The notes beneath the pieces were generated by a model, which was not told the origin of the DNA, searched no databases, and saw only the letters and a program-made list of their open reading frames with translations. From the NCBI GenBank assembly GCA_032123335.1, contig JAQBFN010000041.1, positions 1 to 18,894 of the forward strand: a DNA stretch of 18,894 nt, given 5' to 3'. Positions 1 to 7,895 of this stretch are shown in pieces; within the stretch, counting starts at the first letter, position 1, and each line of letters opens with the position of its first letter. The translations under genes and the position numbers were made by a program. The DNA comes from Candidatus Micrarchaeota archaeon (GTDB lineage Archaea; Micrarchaeota; Micrarchaeia; Anstonellales; Bilamarchaeaceae).

Positions 1-2
1 GT

Positions 3-230
3 GAGGATACCACAGCTATGGAACACTCTCTTACAAGAGCTTGTATAGGTGGACTTGATACAAGTGTAATACCAAAACTTTATCTCGCCTGGGCTAATTC
101 AACTATTGATCCAGTAGCAAGTGAATACAATGCAGGACAAGCAGCAGAACACGGTGCTAGAGTTCTGGAATGCTGCCCAGGACTCAATAGGAAGACGGTG
201 TTTTTTGTATCCACTTTTTGCGTAGCATAA
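3..230 (+). CDS. Possible 3' end of a hypothetical protein running in from the left edge
   Basis: Frame 3 is open from base 3 to TAA at 228-230 (EDTTAMEHSLTRAC...FCVA*), ending 18 nt before the tRNA. No recognisable motif. Confidence 0.4.
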   Translation, partial: EDTTAMEHSLTRACIGGLDTSVIPKLYLAWANSTIDPVASEYNAGQAAEHGARVLECCPGLNRKTVFFVSTFCVA

Positions 231-248
231 ACCGGTTATAAAAAGTGA

Positions 249-333
249 GCAGGGGTTGCCGAGTTGGTCAAAGGTGCCAGATTCAGGGTCTGGTCGGTTA
301 GTCCGTTCGAGGGTTCGAATCCCTTCCCCTGCA
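249..333 (+). tRNA. trnL: tRNA-Leu (anticodon CAG), intronless, CCA not encoded
   Basis: Cloverleaf folded by hand: acceptor GCAGGGG(249-255)/CCCCTGC(326-332) plus discriminator A333; D arm GCC..GGT; anticodon stem CCAGA/TCTGG with loop TTCAGGG (CAG at 284-286); long variable arm CGG-TTAGT-CCG; T arm GAGGG-TTCGAAT-CCCTT. Confidence 0.97.
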
Positions 334-424
334 AATTTTGTTTTCAAAATTTGAAGGGCTGCAACCGCAAGGTTGCTTAACCTGCATTTTGTTTTTTCAA
401 AAATTAAGTGGAAATTTTTAATTT
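333..424. terminator. Hairpin and T-tract region between the convergent tRNA and receiver gene, probably a terminator zone for both
   Basis: AAATTTTG-TTTT-CAAAATTT (333-352), GCAACC-GCAA-GGTTGC (361-376), TTTTG-T6-CAAAA (387-402); T runs on both strands. Confidence 0.55.
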
Positions 425-426
425 GA

Positions 427-786
427 TTATTTCCCTATTTTCTTCTTTATCTCGCTTACCAGCACCGTGTGCATGCTGGTCTTCGGGACAAAGCCAACGT
501 CCGGGTACTTGACCGAGATTTCATCTGCAACTTCAATCGGGAGCCCGATTGCACTCACGATTATTACAGGTGTCTTTATCTTGTGCTTTTTCAGTATTGC
601 GAGCACTTCGCGGCCGGACATTTTTGGCATGATTATGTCCAGAAGGATGAGGTCATACTTCTTTGCAATTTTTATCCCTTTTTCCGGGTCAACGACATAC
701 TCAACCTTGTAGCCTGCGGCAGAAACGATCATCTTCATTGTTTCTGCGACATCGGGCTCATCTTCGATTATGAGTATTTTCTTCAT
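427..786 (-). CDS. Stand-alone receiver (CheY-like REC) response regulator, 119 aa
   Basis: ILIIEDE acidic pocket, DLILLD50IIMP phosphoacceptor, IIVS78A, K102; no output domain. Start overlaps the kinase stop (ATGA) with SD GGGGTGA upstream. Confidence 0.95.
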   Translation of the reverse strand: MKKILIIEDEPDVAETMKMIVSAAGYKVEYVVDPEKGIKIAKKYDLILLDIIMPKMSGREVLAILKKHKIKTPVIIVSAIGLPIEVADEISVKYPDVGFVPKTSMHTVLVSEIKKKIGK

Positions 787-3029
787 TTTTTCACCCCGCG
801 GGGAAGGACCACTTCAATCGTGGTTCCCTTGCCTAGCCTGCTCTTCACGCGTATCTCCCCATTATGCTTATTAATGATTTCCTTGGTAACGCTAAGCCCG
901 ATTCCCATCCCTGGGGCGCTCGGGTCAACCTTGAAGAACCTATCTAAAATCCTCTTCTGGTTTTTAGGGGAAATGCCTGTTCCGGTATCTGAAACAAAGA
1001 TGGAAATGGAATTGCGGGATGGCACCACCCGTATTTTTACGCCTCCTTTCACGGTAAACTTGATTGCGTTGTTGATAATGTGCTTGATTGCGGCCTTCAG
1101 GAGCTTCTTGTCCCCCATCAGTACATATTGTTCTGATTCAAGTTCGAGTTTCAGGCCCTTTGCTTTTGCAGCCGGGAGGGATTCGTTGTAAATTTCCTTC
1201 AGGAGTTCCCTCAGGTAAATCCGCTCATGCTTTATTCCCGCAGCCCCGAGGACGACCAGCTCGAGCATCATTTCAATGGAGTGTGAAAGGCGCGTTGCGT
1301 TCCGTTCAATCATCTCTATGATGCCATACCAGGTCTTCTCCTTTCCGATGGGCGCCATGTCTTTCAGCATGGTAAGGTTGCCCATTATCACGCTCAGGGG
1401 ACCCTGCAATTCATGGCCTGCGTCCTTTATGAATCTGTCCTTAAGCTCGGAGAGCTCCTCAACCCGGTTCTTTTCTGTGATAAGCTCTTTTGTCCTTGCA
1501 CGGACTTCGGATTCCAGCTTGCGCGTATAAGCTTTCTTTATCTCATCCTCCTTCTTGCGCAAGGTTATGTCGCGCGCTGTCACCATCACCGCAGGGCGGC
1601 CCATATAGTTGATTATGGTGGCAGTAAGCTCAATCGGGAGCTTGGAGCCGTCTTTGCGCAAAACAGTTATGGTGTATATAGACGGCGCAGGCTTTCCGCT
1701 CATCCTGGCAACGTTGTTTTCGAGAACCTTTTTTCTGTCCTTGGGCACAACGACCTTCAGCATTTTCATGCCCTTTAGTTCTTTCTGCGTGTACCCAAGC
1801 AGGTCTGCGGCAGTCTGGTTTGCGAATTTAAACACGGCATCCTGCACTATGAGCACGCCATCGGTTGTTTTTTCCACTAGGGATTCGTATTTTTCCTCGC
1901 TTTCGCGCAGTTTCTGTTGTGCTTTTTCAAGTTGCCCGAGCATTTTGTTTATTGAATAGGAAATGGCTGCAAGCTCATCGTTTCCTTCCACCTCGACCCG
2001 CCCGGAGATATCCTTTGCTGAGCCAATTTTGGCGATTTCTTTGCCAAGGCGGGTGAGCCTTGAGACAATTGTTTTTTCCACCAGGAACCCGGTTATAACA
2101 AAGAAAATCAATACGATCAGAAGGGCAGAGCCCATAAGGAGCTTTGATGAATCGAGCCCTTGATTGTGGCTGACCCGGTTCTCTTCCACCACCAAGAGGA
2201 GTACCTTCTCCCCATAGACGTCCTCGAGTACCACATAGCCGGCTATTGTGCCTTCATCCAAAGAGATTACTGCGGAGGGTTTGTTTGTAAGGAAAAGCTC
2301 TGTCTGCAAAGCGGCTGGGATCCAAGGATCCCCGAGTTTGTAAAGCATCACGGAAAGCCGTGTTGTTTCTGCGAGGCTGGCAATCTCTGCATCATTTAGG
2401 TATTTTCCCATTATCAGCGTTCCTGCCGAAGGGCCTTCCCCTGAGCTGGTGAAAATGTGGTGCGATGCAAAGTAGGCTGGGCCTTCGGGAAGCATGATGA
2501 TGCCATTTCTGGAATTATCTTCGCTGGCTGCATTCAATACTTCTGGATGATCTGAGATATGGTCCAGAAGGGACACAGGGGTGGGGACTTCCCTCCCTGA
2601 ACCCAGGTCAAATGACGTGTATGAGATGAGCTCCCCTGAGGAATTATAGATAAACAGGAAATTAAGTTTCAGGTTTTCCAGGGCATTGTCCTGGAGGTTG
2701 ACTTCCACATAATCTGCGTTTTCGCCCTTTGCAAAAGAATATGTATCATCCCAGACTGCCCAGTCTTCGGCGGTGGTTCCCAAGGAATATGTTTTTTCAT
2801 TTAAGGCATTCAGCGCCCGCATGGTGTTTAACCCCACTATGTCCACTTCCTGCTGATCAATATGGCTCATGAGAACGGTCTGTGTTATCAGGGAGATTAT
2901 GATTAGTTGTATCAGGAATGCGGAAACCAGGATCTGCATCCCCTTAAAGCGCAGCGACACGCCCTTCCTTGGCTTCTTTTGCCTGCCGGGCCGGGGGTGG
3001 TGGTGCGCCTTCGCAGGTTTTTTACTCAT
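783..3029 (-). CDS. Membrane sensor histidine kinase: TM-CHASE4-TM-HAMP-PAS-HisKA-HATPase_c, 748 aa
   Basis: CHASE4 signature DWAVWDDTYSF and GTLIMGKYL; two TM helices; HAMP (RLTRL...GNDELAAISYSINKML); one PAS/PAC; H-box GHELQGPL, N-box NNAIKFT, G1 DTGTGI, G2 GMGIGL. Alternative GTG start at 2960. Confidence 0.95.
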   Translation of the reverse strand: MSKKPAKAHHHPRPGRQKKPRKGVSLRFKGMQILVSAFLIQLIIISLITQTVLMSHIDQQEVDIVGLNTMRALNALNEKTYSLGTTAEDWAVWDDTYSFAKGENADYVEVNLQDNALENLKLNFLFIYNSSGELISYTSFDLGSGREVPTPVSLLDHISDHPEVLNAASEDNSRNGIIMLPEGPAYFASHHIFTSSGEGPSAGTLIMGKYLNDAEIASLAETTRLSVMLYKLGDPWIPAALQTELFLTNKPSAVISLDEGTIAGYVVLEDVYGEKVLLLVVEENRVSHNQGLDSSKLLMGSALLIVLIFFVITGFLVEKTIVSRLTRLGKEIAKIGSAKDISGRVEVEGNDELAAISYSINKMLGQLEKAQQKLRESEEKYESLVEKTTDGVLIVQDAVFKFANQTAADLLGYTQKELKGMKMLKVVVPKDRKKVLENNVARMSGKPAPSIYTITVLRKDGSKLPIELTATIINYMGRPAVMVTARDITLRKKEDEIKKAYTRKLESEVRARTKELITEKNRVEELSELKDRFIKDAGHELQGPLSVIMGNLTMLKDMAPIGKEKTWYGIIEMIERNATRLSHSIEMMLELVVLGAAGIKHERIYLRELLKEIYNESLPAAKAKGLKLELESEQYVLMGDKKLLKAAIKHIINNAIKFTVKGGVKIRVVPSRNSISIFVSDTGTGISPKNQKRILDRFFKVDPSAPGMGIGLSVTKEIINKHNGEIRVKSRLGKGTTIEVVLPRGVKK

Positions 3030-6000
3030 TTCTCCACACCTCTTGGCAGGGTAATCGTAAAGGTGCTGCCTTGCCCAAGTTTGCTATTCACCTTCAGTTT
3101 GCCCTTGTGTTTTTCTACTATTTCCTTTGTGATTTTGAGGCCTATCCCGGTTCCCGGGGCGCTTGGGTCAACCTTGAAGAACTTTTCAAAAAGTTTCTTC
3201 TGGTTCTCCGGGGAAATCCCTTTTCCCGTGTCGGAAACTGAAATTGAAACGTATTTTTTCGAGGGCTTAATCTCCACATGCACGCTTCCGCGCTCGGTGA
3301 ATTTTATTGCGTTGCTTACCAGGTTGCTTAGGACAATCTGGAGCAGCTCGTTATCCCCAATTATCACTGCGGGCTTGCTTTCAATCTTGAACTCCAGCTC
3401 TCTCATTTTTGCAAGGGGCAGGTATTCATTGTAGATTTCAGTGAGCGTCTCTTTCAGGTAAACCCTTTCTCTTTTGGCTTCTACCTGGGTAATCTTGTAG
3501 AGCTGGAGCATTTTGTTGATTGACGTTTCAAGGCGCGATGCGTTCCTGTCCATCATGTCAAGGAGCTTTGACCATTCGCGTTCCCTGCCTGCAGGCGCAA
3601 TTTCCTTCAGGAGCTCAAGGTCTCCGAGAATTATGCTTAAGGGGGTTTTCAATTCGTGGCCAATGTCGCGGACAAACCGGTCCTTCATTTCCGTAAGCGC
3701 TTCGGCCTTGCGCTTCTGCTCGAGCAGGTCCTTTGTGCGCGTCCTGACTTGTGATTCCAGCTTAAAGGTGTAAACCTTCTTGAACTCTTCAAATTTTTTG
3801 CGCTCCGTGATATCGCGGAGGATGCCTGTGAGTTTGGTGGGTTTTCCTGATTCATCATATTGAAACTTTCCGTTGTCTTCAATCCAGTGGATCTTGCCTC
3901 TTTTGCCGTGGATCCGGAATTCGGTGGAAATTGCTGTCCCGGACTTGAATGAGCGCTGGAAATCTTTCATTACCTTTTCAACATCCTCGGAAAGGATGAA
4001 CTCCCGGAAATGACGCGAAACCATCTTCTGGGGATCAAAGCCATATTGCTTTACAGAGGGGCTTATGTATGTCATGATCCCGTTCATGTCCAGGGAATAG
4101 ATCACGTCGTTCATGCTTTTGGTCAGTATGCGGTACTTTTCCTTGCTATCGCGCAGTGCATCCAGCGCGTTCTTTCGGACCGTAATGTCCCGCACCGTGC
4201 TTGAAACCGTCTTCAGCTTTCCGTGCAGCATAATCGGGGACCAGGAATGGGAAACCCACTTCACTTTCCCTTTCTTTGTAATGATTCGGTACTCCAGGTT
4301 CGTTCCGCTTTCCCCCATGAGTGCCTTGCTCAGGGCTGTTTTTGCCATCGCCCTGTCTTCAGGGCGGGCTACTGATGCCTTTTTGCCTATGAGGTCCTTC
4401 TCCTTCCACCCAAGAACCCACTGGCATGCAGGGCTAAGGTACGATATGGTGCCATCTGCCTGCGTAAGCATAATCAGGTCCTGGCTGCTTTCAACAAGCG
4501 TCTTGTATTTCTCCTCGCTTTCTTTCAGGATATCCTCCAATACCCTGCCCATAGTTACATCAGTAAATGCTGCCTGCACTGCCGGATTCCCCAGATGCGT
4601 GATGCGTTTTGAAGAGACTGCTAGCCAGATTTCTTTCCCGTCCTTCCTGATGGCGCGGAACTCATAGCGGGCGGGGGGGGTTTTTCCGCGCAGGCGCCCC
4701 CTAAAGCGCTTGAAGAACATTTCACGGTCTTCAGGATGCACAAGCCGGCTTATTTTTTTTGGCGGGAGCAAGAGCAGCTCCTCTATTGAGTAACCCAGGA
4801 TATTTGCAAGGGCAGGGTTTGCAAAAACGATTTGCGGGCCCGTCCCCTGCGCAATTATGATGCCTTCGAGCGACTGCTCTATGAGAGTGCGGTATTTTTC
4901 TTCAGATTCAACAAGGGCTGCCTCCACCTGCTTTTCCTTGGTCAGGTCGGAATAAATGACTACGAGTTCCCCTGAACGCAGTTTGAAGAGGTAATTGTCC
5001 CGCCACCCTGTGATTCTCTGGTCTTTGTACACCTTTGCGGGAAAGTGCTCCGGTTTCCCGCTCTTCCATACACGCCTGAAAACAGCCAGGAGCCCGAATT
5101 TTTTTACGCCTGGAAATACTGAAGTGATTCGCTTGCCTAAGACGTCCTTTTTCTTTACCTTTTCAACGCGCTCGGCTGCATGGTTGAAGTCCTGGATTAT
5201 GAAATCCTTCCCGCCTTTCTCCGCAGTATAAACCACTATGCAGTTGTATGCGTTGTTGAATATGCCTGAAAGCCGGCCCTCTCTTTCTTTCAGCGTTTCC
5301 TCATCTTTCTTGCGTTCGGTGATGTTCCTAATATTACATTGGATGAGCTTTCCAACATCCGTGCTGTAAATATAGCTTATGAACTCCGCCTGGATGAGGC
5401 GGCCGCTTTTCGTTTTGAGGGGCATATTCTCATATCTAACATAGCCTTTCTTCCTGAGCTCCCTGAAGGCGGTCTTTGCCAATTTCGTGTTAACGAAGGC
5501 GCCGATTTCCCAGAGCTTTTTGCCCAATACTTCCTTATGGGTGTAGCCCAGGAGATCGGTTATGAACGGGTTGACGTCTTCTATTTGTCCGGTTTCAGCA
5601 TTGACAATCAGCAGCCCGTCCCTTGCGCTTTTGAAAAGGTTTTTGTAGCGGATCTCTGAAGCCCGCAATGACTCCTCAGCTTTCTTGCGTTCGGTGATGT
5701 CCCTGATGTTGCACTGGATGAGCTTTCCAACATCCGTGCTGTAAATATAGCTTATGAACTCCGCCTTGATGAGGCGGCCGCTTTTCGTTTTGAGGGGCAA
5801 GCCTTCGTATTTCACATAGCCTGTCTTCCTGAGCTCCCTAAAGGCGGTCTTTGCCAATTTCGTGTTAACGAAGGCGCCGATTTCCCAGAGCTTTTTGCCC
5901 AGCAATTCCTTATGGGTGTAGCCCAGGAGATCGACGAAGAACTGGTTGGCCTCTTCTATTTGTCCGGTTTTAGCATTGACAATCAGCAGCCCCTCCCTCG

Positions 6001-6112
6001 CGTTTAGGAAAAGGTTTTTGTAGCGGATCTCTGAAGCCCGCAATGACTCCGCAGTCTGCCTCTGCCCAACAGGAATAGACTTGCCCTTCGATCTGCCTGT
6101 TTTCCCACCCAT
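3026..6112 (-). CDS. Cytoplasmic multi-PAS (six PAS/PAC) histidine kinase, about 1028 aa
   Basis: Six PAS units, most starting with SE(I/E)(R/K)Y-like motifs and ending DIT/DLT/DVT-like; no TM helix; H-box GHELKTPL, NLVSNAIKFT, DTGKGI, GTGIGL. ATG at 6112 preferred over TTG at 6127 because a TATA box lies at -29 to -22 from it. Confidence 0.95.
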   Translation of the reverse strand: MGGKTGRSKGKSIPVGQRQTAESLRASEIRYKNLFLNAREGLLIVNAKTGQIEEANQFFVDLLGYTHKELLGKKLWEIGAFVNTKLAKTAFRELRKTGYVKYEGLPLKTKSGRLIKAEFISYIYSTDVGKLIQCNIRDITERKKAEESLRASEIRYKNLFKSARDGLLIVNAETGQIEDVNPFITDLLGYTHKEVLGKKLWEIGAFVNTKLAKTAFRELRKKGYVRYENMPLKTKSGRLIQAEFISYIYSTDVGKLIQCNIRNITERKKDEETLKEREGRLSGIFNNAYNCIVVYTAEKGGKDFIIQDFNHAAERVEKVKKKDVLGKRITSVFPGVKKFGLLAVFRRVWKSGKPEHFPAKVYKDQRITGWRDNYLFKLRSGELVVIYSDLTKEKQVEAALVESEEKYRTLIEQSLEGIIIAQGTGPQIVFANPALANILGYSIEELLLLPPKKISRLVHPEDREMFFKRFRGRLRGKTPPARYEFRAIRKDGKEIWLAVSSKRITHLGNPAVQAAFTDVTMGRVLEDILKESEEKYKTLVESSQDLIMLTQADGTISYLSPACQWVLGWKEKDLIGKKASVARPEDRAMAKTALSKALMGESGTNLEYRIITKKGKVKWVSHSWSPIMLHGKLKTVSSTVRDITVRKNALDALRDSKEKYRILTKSMNDVIYSLDMNGIMTYISPSVKQYGFDPQKMVSRHFREFILSEDVEKVMKDFQRSFKSGTAISTEFRIHGKRGKIHWIEDNGKFQYDESGKPTKLTGILRDITERKKFEEFKKVYTFKLESQVRTRTKDLLEQKRKAEALTEMKDRFVRDIGHELKTPLSIILGDLELLKEIAPAGREREWSKLLDMMDRNASRLETSINKMLQLYKITQVEAKRERVYLKETLTEIYNEYLPLAKMRELEFKIESKPAVIIGDNELLQIVLSNLVSNAIKFTERGSVHVEIKPSKKYVSISVSDTGKGISPENQKKLFEKFFKVDPSAPGTGIGLKITKEIVEKHKGKLKVNSKLGQGSTFTITLPRGVEK
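5305..6050. repeat. Intragenic tandem duplication, 375-bp period, encoding PAS1 and PAS2 of the large kinase
   Basis: 5305-5675 versus 5680-6050, ungapped; manual count of about 32 mismatches in 371 bp (about 91% identity). Confidence 0.95.
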
Positions 6113-6133
6113 CAAAAATGGCTTCAATTACTT

Positions 6134-6150
6134 TATTTAAAATGTTATCT
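6134..6150 (-). promoter_or_regulatory. BRE/TATA promoter of the two-component operon, probably leaderless
   Basis: Minus strand reads AGATAACAT-TTTAAATA; TATA at 6141-6134, 22-29 nt upstream of ATG 6112. Confidence 0.65.
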
Positions 6151-6216
6151 GTCTTAGGTGTTTTTTGGAGATTAGGTATGGTTTTTGCACCTAAAAATGG
6201 CGTTCTGCCGATGGAG

Positions 6217-6262
6217 GGTAAGATTTTTAAATAAGGGATATGATAGGTGTGCAGCAAGGTGA
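6217..6262 (+). promoter_or_regulatory. TATA promoter and SD of the major pilin gene
   Basis: TTTAAATA at 6226-6233 with purine-rich sequence upstream; GGTGA at 6258-6262, 7 nt before ATG 6270. Confidence 0.7.
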
Positions 6263-6269
6263 AGATAAT

Positions 6270-6725
6270 ATGAATAAATCGAAAGGACAGGCAGGATTGG
6301 ATTTCCTCATGACCTACGGATGGGCACTCCTTGTCATCGTGTTGATAATCGCGGCATTGTTCGCGCTTGGCATCTTTGACATCGGCTCGTTCCTGGGCAG
6401 CAAAGCAACCGGATTTTCACAGATTGGTGTAGTCGGATGGACACTCGACAGCGCTGGAGCTCTCACACTCATGCTTGAGAACCACGCCGGAAAGAGCATT
6501 ACGCTCACCGAAGTAAACGCTGTTTACAGGGGACAGACGCTCACATACGTAGCCAACGAAACGGTTGCAAATGGGAAGCGCACCGGCACAATAGCGCTCG
6601 GAACTTATCCTGTTGTTGACCCGTCAGGAACAACCTCTACGGTCGCAGTAACCATGACATACACTGATCCAGACACCGGGTTTGTGTATAGTGACGCTGG
6701 AACCCTTACAGGAAAAGTGCAGTGA
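6270..6725 (+). CDS. Archaeal type IV pilin with class III signal peptide, probable major pilin, 151 aa
   Basis: MNKSKG|QAGLDFLMTYGWALLVIVLIIAALFALG matches the KG/Q..xE(D)xLMTYGWA pilin N-terminus, followed by a beta-rich globular domain. It has its own promoter, SD and terminator. Start moved from 6240 to 6270. Confidence 0.9.
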   Translation: MNKSKGQAGLDFLMTYGWALLVIVLIIAALFALGIFDIGSFLGSKATGFSQIGVVGWTLDSAGALTLMLENHAGKSITLTEVNAVYRGQTLTYVANETVANGKRTGTIALGTYPVVDPSGTTSTVAVTMTYTDPDTGFVYSDAGTLTGKVQ

Positions 6726-6735
6726 ATAACTGCCC

Positions 6736-6756
6736 TTTTTTTCTTCTTTTTATTTC
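6736..6756 (+). terminator. Oligo-T terminator after the pilin
   Basis: TTTTTTTCTTCTTTTTATTT about 10 nt after the stop codon. Confidence 0.7.
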
Positions 6757-6926
6757 AATAAAATCAGGCTGATTCTTGCGCATTGCTTCGGATACAGCGC
6801 TTATGTGAATAAAGGCGGCCCTGCCCCTTTTGCGGAACTCTGGGTGCTGCACCAATGCAAACTCTGCGGGCGCCAGTTCAGGAAGGATATGGGGATGGGC
6901 AAGCTTGCCCGATGCACCCGCCTTTT

Positions 6927-7895
6927 TCAGAAGAATGTGCTCCCAAGTAATGTATCCAGGAAGAAACGGATGACGTAAAATACTCCGTATGCGACAACCA
7001 ACATTACCGGGATATAGCGATACCCTGCGGTCTCCTTCCCTTTTGAGATTACACCTGCAGCCAGGGAACCGAAAAAGGCGCCTATTGCGATTGCGGTTAT
7101 TGAAAAGATATAAACAACTTCCGGAGACATCCCGAGGCTTGCGGCACCTCCAAGAATGGGCATGGAAGCGGCTACCGTGGCAGAGGCTGCCTCGGAAAGA
7201 CCCAGCTTTGACTTCATAGCAAAAACGACACTCACCAGAAAATTTGCAACTGCGTAGAGAAGCGGCGCGCCAATCCCTGCTGCGGCAAGTATGAAGAGTT
7301 CATATACGCGGACGGTTGCACTTATCTCCCTCTTAGTTGCGCTGAAGCGCCTTATGTCCAGTGAAGTGTTCTCAAGCAGGTGCGCAAGGTCTCCTCCGGA
7401 ATTCACCCCTTCAATTATGAGGCGCGTTGCCTTTGCAAAAATCTCTGAGTCTATCCTCCTGGCCATCCCTTCAAAAGCCTGGCTGAAGGATTTCCCGGAA
7501 ACAATGTCCTTTGCGGCGATGTCTATCTCAGTCTCCAGCGGGCCGAATTCCTTCCTTACCGAAAGGATGAATGCACGGTCCGGGGTAAGCCCGCTGCGGA
7601 GGTTGCTTGCCATGAGGGAAAGGAAATCCGGGAGGACTGCCTCGATTAAAGCGACACGCTGCATAACACGCATAATGAGCAGTGCATATATCGTCCCTGC
7701 AAATACGATTAGCAGCCCCAGGGATGAAGCAATGCTGACCCAAAGCGGGTTGCCGAGGTAGTTCGAGATTAGCCCAAAGATGGAAACGAACACCAGCCCC
7801 AAAGACATGGTTATGAGGAAAAATTTGCGTGCGCGCATGTGGACTGCACTATTGTCAAGGAGATACTGCATTCTCACTCTGGACGAATCAATCAT
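6927..7895 (-). CDS. pilC: Type IV pilus membrane platform protein (PilC/TadC/FlaJ, T2SS-F family), 322 aa
   Basis: LPDFLSLMASNLRSGLTPDRA, EFGPLETEI, SGGDLAHLLE motifs and multiple TM helices. Start reassigned to ATG 7895 (ATGA overlap with the upstream stop). Symbol is family-level. Confidence 0.9.
   Translation of the reverse strand: MIDSSRVRMQYLLDNSAVHMRARKFFLITMSLGLVFVSIFGLISNYLGNPLWVSIASSLGLLIVFAGTIYALLIMRVMQRVALIEAVLPDFLSLMASNLRSGLTPDRAFILSVRKEFGPLETEIDIAAKDIVSGKSFSQAFEGMARRIDSEIFAKATRLIIEGVNSGGDLAHLLENTSLDIRRFSATKREISATVRVYELFILAAAGIGAPLLYAVANFLVSVVFAMKSKLGLSEAASATVAASMPILGGAASLGMSPEVVYIFSITAIAIGAFFGSLAAGVISKGKETAGYRYIPVMLVVAYGVFYVIRFFLDTLLGSTFF

Noticed and set aside
236..244. TTATAAAAA as the tRNA promoter
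   Set aside because: It ends only 4 nt before the mature 5' end, too close for an archaeal TATA box (about -26). In reverse orientation it has no supported downstream gene.
5305..6050. Near-identical repeat pair as the template and variable repeats of a diversity-generating retroelement
   Set aside because: Mismatches involve all four bases in both copies rather than only adenines, both copies are in-frame PAS domains, and no reverse transcriptase gene is in the window.
6706..6930. Open minus-strand frame continuing past the pilC stop and containing KKG|QLFT, suggesting a frameshift extension or tiny pilin
   Set aside because: The KKG motif comes from the reverse complement of the pilin's oligo-T terminator, and the frame stops 8 codons after the cleavage-like site with no TM helix. 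No convincing start or slippery site.
6820..6978. Plus-strand CPFC and CKLC fragments suggesting a zinc-finger microprotein
   Set aside because: The two CxxC motifs are in different frames, lie downstream of the pilin terminator and have no convincing start signal.
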